A stretch of DNA of 63,703 nucleotides, counting the filler, from Choristocarpus tenellus KU-1152 (lineage: Eukaryota; Protista; Phaeophyceae), in the NCBI GenBank assembly GCA_964200185.2. It is 10 parts of 10 records of this genome, joined end to end, with 100 filler letters (N's around TTAATTAATTAA, not from the genome) between each part and the next. Parts side by side here need not be neighbours in the genome. Positions count along the whole stretch, not along the records: positions 1 to 10,602 come from CAXNAD020002841.1; positions 10,703 to 17,794 come from CAXNAD020006717.1; 8 more parts are not named here. One strand, 5' to 3'. Every line of letters starts with the position of its first letter. The stretch's first letter is position 1. Both the position numbers and the translations under genes were made by a program. Below the pieces are notes generated by a model. That model saw nothing but the letters and a program-made list of their open reading frames with translations, ran no database searches and had not been told where the DNA came from. This document shows, one piece after another, positions 1-15,227 of the stretch.

Positions 1-22
1 CCCCCCCCAGATACTTTGACCC
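1..22. mobile_element. MITE terminus (C-tract + AGATACTTTGACCC), truncated at window start
   Basis: Same 14-bp terminus as the copies at 10709, 40554 and 51565. Confidence 0.75.
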
Positions 23-876
23 ATGTGCCCCTTTCTACCTGTAGAATTCTTTCCCGCACTTACAATCAAAGCATGGCTACTACCAGTAGACTTACCCATG
101 TTGATCGCCTGCAGGTCTTTGAATCTCGCCACCACCATTTCTTCAACATCCTGCACCATCTTGGTCTCCCCGTAGTCCACTAAGCTCTTGACTTGGGAGT
201 AATTCTCCCCCAGCTTGTTGAGGATGGTTGCTACCTTCATTTCCTCTGTGATGACCTCGCCCATTGACTCCAGTCTCGTAGTTAATCGCGACAGTTCTGT
301 GAGACCTGGAGATGGGTCCTTCCTATCATCAAAAGTCAGACGATCAAGCTCCTGGCGTATACGCCTGGCCTCCTGACAGGTCTTTGGCATGAACGCCGCA
401 TCAAGGGCGTGCCACCCTGCGCTTGGAGACCCAGGTGCGATAAATACATGCAGGGCTCGGTCTTGTAGCATGAGCAGCATCAGTTGCCACTCCTTCCGAC
501 CGAATATTCCCGGGACGTTGTGCGAAGCTACAAGACAGATAGTGAGCATTGTTTTTATTCAATAAGGTATCCGCCAATGAGTACCGCCAAGATCGCATCA
601 CTCCCCATGTTTGCCGGAAAGCTGGGTGAAGACTTTTACTCCTTTGCTGTGAGGGCTCGCTCCAAGCCTTCGTCTTCATCACTGTGTGATTTAGATGATT
701 CTGCGTCCACTGCCCAGATGGCCCCCCCCACAGATAATGTTAGGCCTGCGAGGAGCTGTCACACAGTCATGAACGCCGAGCGTGGCCTGAGCCCTCACAG
801 CAAAGGAGTAAAAGTCTTCACTCAGCTTTCCGGCAAACGTGGGGAGTGATGTGATCTTGGCGGTACTCATTGGCAA
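23..876 (-). mobile_element. Ty1/copia LTR-retrotransposon gag relic (frameshifted, interrupted by an inverted duplication, cut by a MITE end)
   Basis: The minus strand reads MSTAKITSLPTFAGKLSEDFYSFAVRAQATLG (gag N-terminal F-x-G pattern), then after a frameshift and the insert, WQLMLLMLQDRALHVFIAPGSPSAGWHALDAAFMPKTCQEARRIRQELDRL...MKVATILNKLGENYSQVK, which resembles the copia gag (UBN2-type) region. Confidence 0.7.
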
Positions 877-949
877 ATACCTTATTGAACAAAAACAATG
901 CTCACTATCAGTCTTGTTGCTTCACACAACGTCCCAGGAATATTCGGTC
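498..949. repeat. 161-bp inverted repeat (arms 498-658 and 789-949, 130-bp spacer)
   Basis: Aligning arm 1 by hand with the reverse complement of arm 2 gives about 10 substitutions in 161 nt and no indels. Confidence 0.95.
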
Positions 950-1499
950 CGCTACGTAGCGTGTCGAACTATCCCACACTGGACCCGCGGCTTTTATGGT
1001 GCTTTAATGAAGGACAAAGAACAGCTTGATGNNNNNNNNNNTAATATTACAAGGTGCTTGTGGTCTCGATTCCGCTGACTGAGCATATGGATGAGAGCCT
1101 AAACTACCATTATTATTTTTATTATTATTTTTATAGTGGGGGGTTTGTAATCGTCCACACTAATTTACTATGAATTGCTTATGTACTTATCGTACGTATA
1201 GGAAGTGAATCTTGAGCATGATATAAAGACCAATCAACACTATGAGTCAGTACATAAAATATGTATGTCATTGGCTCTCCATCCTATTATCTAATCCACC
1301 GGTGGTGTCTACATGTATCAGCAGCACTATCTACGAACAGGTACTTACGTATTATGACTTTTTTTGATGAAAAAAAATTGGTGCGTGTGATTGAATTGGG
1401 TATTGTGGAAAAGAGGAAGAAAAGATGTGTGAAGGGTGGAAGGGATTTTTTTTTTTTTTTATTGAAGCAAGGGTCTGAAGTTCAGAAAGTATAAAGGAA

Positions 1500-3480
1500 A
1501 TGGGTAACATAGAAAACTGGTGGCATGTGGAATGTGCTGAAAAAGGACCAGTGCAAAGTCTTGAGGAAGGTATATCAGGGCAGGCTGAAGGTAATTTTGA
1601 GTAATCTTTCACACCCAACCACCCTCTTGATTGCTCACGATCGATTAGGATGATTGGGTGGGGTAGATGTCTTCTTGTTCAAATGCATGGTATGGGAGTG
1701 GATGAATATGGAGTGTTTTGTAGGAATGTGGAATGTCTTGGACGAAGATCTGTTGACTTTACGGTGTGATTATGTGGTAAATCATCCAGAACATTTATCA
1801 AAATTCTTAATTTAAACTTCAATATATTGTGAAGAAACATACAAGGAAAATAATACCATGCCGCATTATACAACAAATACAGCAACAGCAGAGGTCCTTC
1901 CTTGGACACACCAACAAGGGTTGGAGCGTATATGATACTTGAAAACAAGGAACAAGAAACCTACTAAAGCAAATGATTTTACTTAAGTTGCCCCTAAACT
2001 GGTGTCAGTGCTGTAGGGTGGACTACAAACAGTGACATAATCTTAGGAGTACCTCAAGCCCCATTTTGCTCACTCATCTGGTGTATTCAGCTTGAACCGT
2101 GGAGGTTCCCATTATTTGTTGTGCTCTTGTAAGTGATACAATCCGTTGCAGATGTGCCTTCACGGCTCCTGTCCAACTAAAATCCCTATTCTACCTACCA
2201 TCCACTAGGTGATACAGACTCTTGTTATTGTGTTGTATTATTTACCTTACGTGCTTCGTCTTAAACCCCTCCAAGGCAACATCTATCAACATGTCACTAA
2301 CCCAGAGTAAGCGAGAGGTACCCAGGTTCTTGGGTCTTTTGTTTTTAAGCCACTTTTTTTCATCTTTGTACTGAGTAGTGTTCACACTTATTTCTTCTAT
2401 GGACGAAGTGTGAAACAGATGGAAACAGGTTGACAGGTTCTCCAGACTGAAGGGGAGTGGGAAGACCCACAGGAGGAAGGGAATGGAGGGAGACAAGGCA
2501 AGAGGGAGAGCAACACCTCAGAAGATCAGCCAGGAAAGAGTGAACAAGCGAGAAGTGAATGAGCGGGCCTCAAAACACATCCTATTTACTTCAAGCAGAT
2601 GTTCGCTTCAACATGTCAAAGCATATGTCATACCAACAACAGATCTTCAACGTATATCACCTTAAAGGTATACCTTAGTTGGAAGATAACTCTCACAGAA
2701 ATGGTTAATTGACTAGAGAGTGCTGATTTCTTTATTGTGTGAAAAAAACAGACTCCATAAAGTCCCAATTTGTACATTGTGGGCATCCTTAAAATGTTAC
2801 CCTGGGTACCTCTCCTTAGGCTCTGTGGGCAAAATAAATATAGAGGACTACATGTATATATGAAACATGTTGTGGCAAGAAAAGTTACTAAGAAAGATAC
2901 TTCGCTAAACATACGGAAGAAGATGCAAAGAGAAGCTTCATCAAATGCGATTGACCCTGAGGCCAGAGTTATCAACACACCACTGCCATTTGCTCTCCCT
3001 CCCTCACCCGGAAGTCGTACGTTATGTATACCAATCATATACGTACTCGATTCTCACACCTTTGCCCCGTATGAGCGCACAACGCTATTATCCGCAGAGA
3101 ACAGATCACCCACAACCTGAGATACATTCAAAATCCTGATTGTTCGGTCATAACAAATGTAGAGTATGCAAAACTAGCGACAAGCTGCATGCTCTACTCT
3201 TGATAAACCTCTTTTGTCTATTACAACGTTGGTGGAAAGATAGGGTCGTACGATCTGAGAGTTAAACATTTGGTCGTTTAGGACACCCCATTTTGATGTT
3301 TTGCGTACAGAATTAAAGCTCTGGAACACAAGGATGTCACTGCAACAGATATGCCGGAATAAAATCACCATAATTGACCAAAGATCCTTTTCGTAATACG
3401 TACGAAAATGCATGCTTCTTGCCATCATTCTTGTGGACCTCTTTATTGTATCCATGTGTACATTTCCTCGCATCTTCTTA
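1500..3480 (-). pseudogene. Highly decayed PIF/Harbinger-type (DDE_Tnp_4) transposase relic
   Basis: Colinear degenerate peptides on the minus strand: RSTRMMARSMHF...QIVRPYL, QVVGDLFSADNSVV (like VADLFG..STV) and LNKKTS...GWLGVKDYSKL (like FN...S..R..IE...G.LK). Many stops and frameshifts. Confidence 0.35.
2299..2823. mobile_element. Degenerate inverted-repeat element related to the 44790-44965 MITE
   Basis: Left end AGTAAGCGAGAGGTACCCAGG, right end CCTGGGTACCTCTC...GGCTC. No TSD is recognisable. Confidence 0.45.
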
Positions 3481-5009
3481 CTACTTTGCCGACTTCTGTT
3501 TCCTTAGATAACTCTAACCTAGAGCCTTTGTAGATATTTCGGTGACATGCCTTCACGAAACACCCTATTTGAAAAAAATGCTTTCAGTGTAGTATTACAT
3601 ACCAGTGAAAGTGTCACTGCTCTACCACAAGTGCAGATGATAGGGATAATAAACCATATGCAATCTTGAGGGTTTGGGCATGTTGTACGGACAGAAACTT
3701 TTCTGCCTATATTCACATGTTTCGTATTCAACAAACAAGGCGTGTCCACCTGACATCATTCCCTATACCATACATCATTACGTCAATAACCACAGTTGCG
3801 GACACTTTGGCACATAGCACACAAACCATCTTTTGCTTTCTTCAATCCATTTTTGATGTCCCTTACATCCCCTCAAGAATTTCCCCCAAAATAATCACAC
3901 ATACTTGGTACAGCAGAAGTAGACAGGGACTTGTAAAAACCCAAGAAAAGTGGCAAATGAAGCATTGCAAGGAGAAAAGCATGCGGCATTCAAGCAGGAC
4001 ATTACACGTTTTTGCTGATGATAGGGAGGTGGACATTGGACTGCTCCTTAATCTGGAGGAAACGATACTGATACTATGCCATACTTTTCCTGAAACGAGA
4101 AGCAGAGCAATGGTAAGGATCCACCGAGTCTAAACTGAGCAAAGATGTCAGGTGACAGCTACTTTCAATTATATCAATTGAGACCACCTTTAATCGATCT
4201 GTTGGTCTTGTGTCCTTGACCGCTGTATCAAGACACTGGAACTTTTGCTCCACTCTTTTTCACACAAAAGAAAACGTCAGAAAAAGAAAAGTGCTGCAGA
4301 GTCATTGCCACCTTGTGCCCCTGAGGTATATATATATATATATATAGATTGTGCAACCTTTTATGGTTGGTCCATCGCGTTGGTGTCTGGTGTTGGTGTC
4401 GGCGGCATCATATGTGAAAACAGGATATGCGAAAGGGTTTCCAGACATAAGGAAAGGCATTTATATCAGTTCCACCCTGCAAAACGCTCATGTTTGCCTG
4501 GTGACAAGTCAAGAATCTTGACTGCCGACCCATAACCTGACATCTTGAAAACATCACAAAACGTTTGTCATCAGTCCTCCATGCTGTTGTCTTAAAACAT
4601 TTGGCCCAGTCGGCTATTCCTTCCATCTAATAATGAACAAGATCCCGGTGAGTTACACACATAATTATCTCACAGCAGCAAACTGCCGAAGTCAAATGTA
4701 CAGTTCACAGAAGTTTGATGGTGGGTTCATGAGCTGTTGTTAATGGAGCTCTATATACAACTATTAACAACTTCAAGCACTGGCACAACAGGACAAGGGT
4801 GGAGCAGGATGTCCTGCAATTGCTGAACCTTGGTAAACCATGCAGCTCCTCAAGAGCAATTTATGGCACTCTACACTCCAAATATTGGAGTACAAACACA
4901 TTTCATGGATCATGGAACTCCCAGTCTCCCCCACAACCTCAAATCACCAACCACATGTTTTTAGTCTCTCCATACCCCAAAAACGAAAGCATACTTCACC
5001 ACAATCTAG

Positions 5010-7395
5010 CTACTGGCTTTGGCTCATCCCACCAGTTTCATCCCCAGCCACTGATACGCCCGTTGTCATTGCCAAACCCTCCAATGGTCCTAACCTCTTC
5101 AACTCCAACACACTAGTGACCCCAGCGAGTGCACTCTTCAACACCCACAGAGGCACCGACCGTCCAAGATTGTTAGCTATGTATCCACTCCCCACAGCAC
5201 TTGCAGCATTCACCCCAAGCAGTACCAAGCTCGCTGCCGTTGCAATTGCCACAACCCCATCTGGCAGGAGTCCCAGCTCAATTGCCTTGTTCGTACCCTG
5301 CCCAAAGCCCACAGCACTGCATGCAGCAAACGACACCACATAAGAGCGCTGAAGGAGGGACAGGGTAAGCGGCTGTGGAGGGACATTGGGTTCAACCAGC
5401 GTGGCTGAGCCCCTAACTGGTGTGGTCTTGAGATCAACTTCGCTAGGACCGCTGGCAGCGGAGCTTGTCTTTTTCTTGACGCCAAACACCTTGACAGCTT
5501 CACTCGACTTGTCCATCATGGCCTGCTTTTCGAAGAGCTTTGAGTTTCGTTGCTCCCTATCCACTGCTGCAACTGATTCTATCCTTTGTTCCAAGGCGCT
5601 GTGTGCAATTAGGAATGGTTTTGTTTCGCAGCAAATATTTTGATGGAGGGAGAGTGCGGGTCAGACACGAGTCACCTTTTTCTCACCTCCAAAATCCCTC
5701 AGACTTCACGAACGAGCCTGTTGTAATCTTCAACAAAAACGAGGTAACATATGTGCTCAAAGAGGAACACCTGTGGGATAAAAAACAGTGATGTGGGTAT
5801 CACCCGAGCAACAGCACCCCCCCCACCCCTCTCCCCCATTAATTTCTAAGGGCACCAATTGCACCTAGGGTCACATTCTTGATTACTGTTGTATCACTGC
5901 AGATCTTATAACATCGTCTATTGTCTCACAGGACCAATCCATCCTCACAAGAATCAAAGTTGCTGCAAATATACGACCCAGCATCAGAAGCGGTAGAATG
6001 AGAAAGGCTTGTTAGGACAACACCAACTGTACCTGCCAAGAGTGAGGAATCCGTCCTTGGGTGGCTCATCCTGAACTTGGACTGGAGGTCTTATCCGCTC
6101 ATAGTATTCCTTGTCCTTGAGAAATCGCTCCTTCAGAGGAATACCCATCCGTCTTGAGGCCTCTATGTAGCCACCCTGGCTCATCATAGGATCGACCAGA
6201 TAATCATACCCATACCTATTGTGGATGTGGGAATATTTGGCACAAAGTGGGCTAGAAGTAAATTGGATTGAAGAGACTAGGGTTGCTCCTGGTGGCATAA
6301 GTATCACAGGAAAGGAAAAAAAAGAGATATGTAACAACCTACTCCTTGACAAAACAAAAAATGACTTCAAGGGCAAAAACCGCGAAAATGGGTGAGGGGC
6401 CACGCCTTCTAATATTGGTTGATATTTGCAAGGGTGCACCAGGGCTTGAACGTACTTCTATTGCAGGAAGAAACAGAAATGGTGTTTGTTTTGGTCTGAT
6501 GTAATGTGTACGCTATACGGGAACAAGTCCTGTCGAGGCCTCTTTGTCCAAACCTTCGTCTACCTCTCTGGAGAACGAAAATGTATACTTTTATGGTGAT
6601 AGGGACACCCAGGTGGCAAGGAGGGACTGGAAAGGAGTTTAGTTTCATTCCATAAAAGGCCCCATATTCCACTAGTGAGGATTTTGGGCGTACTCAGTGT
6701 ACACATCACTTGGTAGGTGTCACTCACCGATTATTTTACTCGTCACCGATGCTTGAGAACCCTATTCTAAATGACCTACGCTCCCACCTGCTGAGCTCAG
6801 AGTAGGCCAGCACATCCTGCTCCCCTTCCCATTCCTCGGGTTCTTCATCTTCAGTAAACATGACAGTTTTAGGATCAATGGACAGATACTCAAGTACAGG
6901 GCTCCGGGGGACTGCATCCACTTCCGGCTCTCCCGCTTCCCTATCAGCGAGGTAGAACTTGAGCTCGGCCTCTAGGACAGACCACTCAGCAAAAAATGAC
7001 GATTTTTCTTTGCTGTTAGGCCCCCCCGTCGCTTTCATTTCCAACAAGAATACAGCACCCCTCCTGAGCAGCAAGGGCAAAGCGAGGAGGATTGGGCGTC
7101 AAACACAAACATATACTGGGAAATTGCTATAGATCTTGTAAGAACCAGATGAAAATCATAACACGCGAAAGGTTCACGCCCCAGTATCCCAGCAATGTGT
7201 ACAACATGCGTCTCCAAATTGATGCAGTGCCAAGAAAACCCCACACCTTGGTTGTGGTTGCCATGGTAGAAACAGAGACGAGGTATGGTGAATCCGTACC
7301 AACGACGTCGTGGACTTATATGATAAAGGGGAACAAGGGGCATGGAATCCCCAAGCGGTTTGAACCCATACCACAGTAGCTAGGAGAGTGCGCAT
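5010..7395 (-). CDS. Uncharacterised plastid-targeted membrane protein, about 398 aa; exons 7395-7247, 7063-6788, 6215-6033, 5598-5010
   Basis: All three introns are GT-AG and phase-consistent (1197 nt CDS). The N-terminus MRTLLATVVWVQTAWG-FHAP is a signal peptide followed by Phe, as in stramenopile bipartite plastid presequences. The C-terminal region has hydrophobic segments. Confidence 0.75.
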
Positions 7396-7652
7396 TGGGG
7401 TTGGTCTGTCAATCGTGCATTTTGGACATGAACATCATATTCGTGCGTTTGACAATTCACAATCTTGGAAGGTTGCGCGCGATGCGGCTCATACTAGACG
7501 ACTAAGTGTCCAATGAGAAGAGAGATGCAGGAAAAATAAAAAGGGGTTGCTTTCCTCTTAATATTGACTTTCATGTGTCTCATGCACAGAATACAGGTTG
7601 ATCAATATTCTTGAAGAAAAAGTGACGCTTCGGGGGACGAGGTTGTTACGTC
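7396..7652. promoter_or_regulatory. Putative bidirectional promoter (257 bp between divergent ATGs)
   Basis: Head-to-head start codons at 7395 (-) and 7653 (+). Promoter function is inferred from position only. Confidence 0.5.
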
Positions 7653-10546
<2,894 letters not shown>

Positions 10547-10602
10547 GTGAGGAGGGTGGAGGAAGGGTGGGTGTGTGTTGGGGGGGGGGGGGGGGGGGGG
10601 GG

Positions 10603-10702
10603 NNNNNNNNNNNNNNNNNNNNNNNNNNNNNNNNNNNNNNNNNNNNTTAATTAATTAANNNNNNNNNNNNNNNNNNNNNNNNNNNNNNNNNNNNNNNNNN
10701 NN
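10603..10702. other. Artificial scaffold linker N44-TTAATTAATTAA-N44 (also 17795-17894, 28222-28321, 34428-34527, 40748-40847, 46600-46699, 52226-52325, 57329-57428, 60971-61070)
   Basis: The same 100-bp spacer with stops in all frames occurs nine times. Confidence 0.99.
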
Positions 10703-10708
10703 GGAGGA

Positions 10709-10887
10709 GACTCAAAGTATCTTGGGGGGGGGGGGGTGGTTTGTGAGGGAGCGTCCGTTTAGGTCGAACACCTCTTTTTTTTCCTGACATTTCAAATCCG
10801 ACACGAGCCACCAAATTACACCAAAGTGAAAATCGAAAAAAACGTGAAAAATGGACGCCGACACCCTCCCCCCAGATACTTTTACCC
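10709..10887. mobile_element. MITE, 179 bp, 14-bp TIR plus G/C tract, GGA target-site duplication
   Basis: GGA|GACTCAAAGTATCT...AGATACTTTTACCC|GGA. Confidence 0.85.
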
Positions 10888-11249
10888 GGACACAACATGC
10901 TCTTCGGCTTCTGTCCATCACCTGTTAAAGATATTGGTGTTCTCAAGACTTGTGTATATAAATGACTCGATTAATTCCTTATTATGCAGAACAGGTTGTG
11001 CATGAAGTAACGAAGGTATAAGGAAGGAGCAAACCTCAAAGATCTAAAGGGGTCGTCACCTTACCATTCATATTCTAATAACACGTCACTCAATCTGTGT
11101 TACTTGCTATGTTACTTGTTACAACATTCCTTTCTAGGATTCTTCTTGTTATACTATAATAACCCCGACAATATTTCCGTAGTCACCTGACAAAGACATT
11201 ACTATCAGTTATCCCTTTATCCAACAATAGTTCAACAACTCAATGTTTA

Positions 11250-12470
11250 TCCCACAGAATCATCTTTTACACATGAATATGCATATTCTTAGCATCACCA
11301 CTCAGGTTTTTAGGATTTCCTCGTGTGCACAACAGTGATCCCCTTGGACATGATTTTTGGACGCTCTGCCGGCCTTGAATAGTCTGAAGCCATGATCGTA
11401 TATGAGCTGGGTTGGGATCTGTGTCTGGACACGGTACTGCGAAGATGCAGGTTTTGTGGCCGATCGGAGGAGTTCCGTCATGCACACCTCCATGAAAGCT
11501 TCTGTTACACCCATAATGGTTGCACTGCCTGAGTTGACCAATTCCTGTGTGGAGCAGGGGTCATCACCATTGCGGAACTATTCCCATCATCATCCTGGAC
11601 CATGGCATCTGAACGTTTTGTGACCAGTGTGTCTCTCTGATATGCGTTCTTTTGTCTGTTGCTGCTATTTCTGCCTCTCTGTTCGTACTGGCAGAGGCGA
11701 ATATGTTCGTGAAGAAGCGTTGTTGTCCTTCATGACCATCATTTGCACAAGGTTGTTTGAAGGGTCTGATGCGTCCAACAGATGTTGCCGACCTCTTCTT
11801 CCTATTGACCGAAGTTTTAGTCTTGTCAAATTTTGCCTTCTCCGCTCAAGGCCTGTCTCTCAGCAAAGAACCTGATGTTCCTTGTAACCGTAGGTTCCAT
11901 CGTATGGATGGAGGTCCAACTTCGCTCCCCAATCTCGTCATTCCTCTCCCATTTATCCATTACGTCAACATCGCCGGACTTGTCACCGTTGCTACCCACT
12001 GTGTATGGGCGATTGGCAACATTCCAGGGTCATTCCTCCCAGGCATGGACTCCGATTCCGTGTCTAGCACCTCCCCCATATCTTCCTCGACATCTTTCTC
12101 TGAAGATGACAAAACGCTAGAACCAGATCGGTCCCTATCACCAGTACAGCCTAGGTTGGGGTTGCCGGGCTACCCCCATATGTGTCCCGCTCCTCACACG
12201 TTCTGTCGGGTTAGGCGATGGCATCTCCTGTTCCTCTTCATCACTATCAGGGTCAAGTCCTCCACTGTCTTCAGGCGTAGATACACTACCCTCTACCAGT
12301 GTCTTGGAGAGTGCAAAATTGCAGAAGGTGGAGAGGTTGTCAACGAGGAGTTGGATATAATCCAGGTCGTGATTGTCGACGAGGAGAGTGCATGAAATAA
12401 TGATGCCTCCTGGTTTGGTCTGGAGATTCGCACCGCGTTCTCGTGGGCGACACGCATTTCTTCCTTGAAG
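11250..12470 (-). pseudogene. Decayed intronless acidic/low-complexity ORF, probably of transposon origin
   Basis: Long stop-interrupted frames (LDPDSDEEEQEMP; LLDASDPSNNLVQMMVM). No recognisable domain. Confidence 0.3.
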
Positions 12471-15227
12471 TCATGCAGGTCGTGTTCGGACTTCGCGATA
12501 TTGTCCGGCGTAATGATAATGCTTGTGACTCGACTGACCTCTGTTACAGTACACGAGGAGGCAAATGATGAGGCAAAGTAGGAGGCAAACGACTAGGAGA
12601 AGGAGGAGACAGAGGAGGAGGCAAAAGATAGGGCAAAGGACGAGGCAAAGGGTGAGGAAAAGGAGAAAAGCAAAGGAGTTAGAGTGGTTGAATATATTTG
12701 AGTAGATTTTTGGAGCCCATAGCTCCATGTGTGAGTCGTATCAGCGAAGAGTTATCATCATGAAGATGACCTAGAGTTTTACGTGGAGACTACGAGTTCA
12801 CAACATGTGGCGAACGGCAAAATGTACCAAGGCGAATGGCATAGGGAATGCAGGAACAAATTAATTTGAAATGCACAGGGAAAGCATGAATGCACTAAGT
12901 TGAGTTAGTCATAGGGAGAGAATACACACACCAGTTTGTGGCATAGGGGATGCAGTAATACGGTAATCCTATGTATTTTGTCGGACAGCAGAAGTCATCA
13001 ATTTCAAAAGAACGGCAAACGCGGGTTGCGGTAGTGTGTATCATTTTGAAACACGCAGGGAATACAGGCACACACGAATTTGCAATGCATACGGAAAGGA
13101 TGAATGCACCAGTTTGAAATGCTATGGAAATTTTGAAACAGAAATTTGCTGCCTTTTGACGGACAGCAGCAGTCATCAATTTGAAAAGCACTGCAACCAT
13201 GGTTTTTATCATATTTGCGCTCGCGTTGAGGTCGAAACGCGTGAAGGGAATCGGGTTTGTGTTTCGATGCGATACGAACGTTATCGGGGAAGCACCAATT
13301 GTATCAGAGGCTTGCGATGTGTGCATCGAGGGTGTTGTTACATACAATTCGACAGCACGATTTTTGTCATGCGTGGATTAGGTTCTTGGAATCCTTCCTC
13401 TATTTCGGATCAGTTGTCGGAATACCCTCCACGTATGTCACTGCATCCCATGTTCCAAGTTTGGTTGGGTTTGATGGAATAAAATCTGATGATAGCCGTT
13501 GAATTACAAATAATACGTTGACATGTTGTATGTAGGGCGAAACGTGTCTCTTACCAGGATGGAGTTGCGTGTTTGTAAAATGGGCACTTTTTGTTGAACG
13601 ATTAACGTGCGTTAGGATTATGAGCATTGGTTTCAGAGCTTAAATTGCGGCCATGAGGGGGGGAGGGGAGTTAGGGTGGGATGGAGACCTTAGGTGGTTC
13701 ACTATCGACAGGGTATCGTGTGCACAGTGCTCTGACAATAGAAATTAGGGATTACACGGTTGTAAATAGCTACAAATGCATATTATAGTAATTTGACGTT
13801 CGGTCATTCTTGGGGCTGGTCGAACGAAACACGCTGGCGGGGTAAGCAACGGTGGCACCGCTGTTGGCAGCCGGTTTGTGAACTGTTTCAAGGAAAATAA
13901 ATAGAGACCAGTGATGGTGGTGTAACCACTACATACAGCTGGTTTGTAAATAGTTCCACCACTAATAAAATATAGAGGGTTGTTTAGCAATATTGGTGGG
14001 ACCCTTATCTGCACACTCACCAAGCTTCACATATGTGGTTGCCCTGGCATAATCTATCAACCATTATGACACCACGTCAGTTTCCTTTTCCAGATCCAAA
14101 CCGAGGAACCACACCCCACCACCACAGATTCCTCACGGGATGATTCTCGAATTTTTTTCTAAAGTATTTTTTGGTCGTTTTCGACATCTGAAGTGGAGAG
14201 ATATAACCAAACTAACTGTAGGAAGGGGTAAATAGGAGGCCTTGTGCATAATGACGAAGTGTTTAACTTCCTCTATGACCTCATACTTACTCGTTGATTG
14301 TTAGTGCCTACACGGCAAAGTGGCCTCATCCTAGTCCGAGCCATGAATTCGCTCTCAATCTTAGCATCAGAAGAGCTGTACATGGTAGTACTCAAAATAA
14401 TTGATATTACGTTATGTGAAGGTGTATATTATCCACAACGCTATGTAGAATAATGTTGCGCATGACTCCAATCAAGTATGCTTGACCCAACAGGAGTGCT
14501 TCTACTTCTTGTCTCAACGTCTGCAAGACGTTCTCCCCACTTCTTGAATATAGATAATATAGAAACATGAACTGCACGTTTGTTGGGTTGTATATATATT
14601 CTGAAAAAATAATGAAGCATACTTACAGTGTTGTTCTACATGGAGGGGATTGTGAATACTGTTGTTGCAGTTGCAAGATCATTCATGGGCATCTCAATAA
14701 TAACAGTCACAGAAACACTTCAGAATCACCCTAGACCAGCACATGCACTTTGTTGGTACAGGCTGACCTTGGATAAGCTAGCTTTGCACATGAGTCCAGG
14801 TTGATCCTACAATTCTAGTATGAAGCAAATAGCTCAACTTCTCATATTCGCTATCAACACAGCACAAAGTGCTTTCCATCGATCCCTCTGCACTACTGAA
14901 AACGTCCACAGAGTCACTCTTAATTTCACCCAAATCCCTTGACATTGGTCAATGTCACAAAAAAAACAATTTCTGGTAATCACAGCTGAAAACAGCCCTA
15001 TGCTACAATATCGTTTTGGGTCTATCTATGGGTTAGACCCGTAGCCCAGGCTCCGTCAAACCCTCCTTGCTCATCAATGCCCGGCCCTGTGGTTGGTTTT
15101 GTGTATGACTCTTCACTACCGCTCATCTTTTTGTTTGAACACACACACATCTTTCTCGTAAGTGTACATCAAGGGTATATTTCTCCCATCAATTTCCAGT
15201 ATTACTCCCCATGAAAGCAATACAACT

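Noticed and set aside
4799-5643. Plus-strand ORFs overlapping the 5010-5598 exon, and similar antisense ORFs at 20194-20972, 29161-29766 and 50381-50671
   Set aside because: They are antisense shadows of real exons.
10647-10658. Recurrent TTAATTAATTAA as a biological motif
   Set aside because: It is always centred in the same N-padded 100-bp spacer, so it is an artificial linker.
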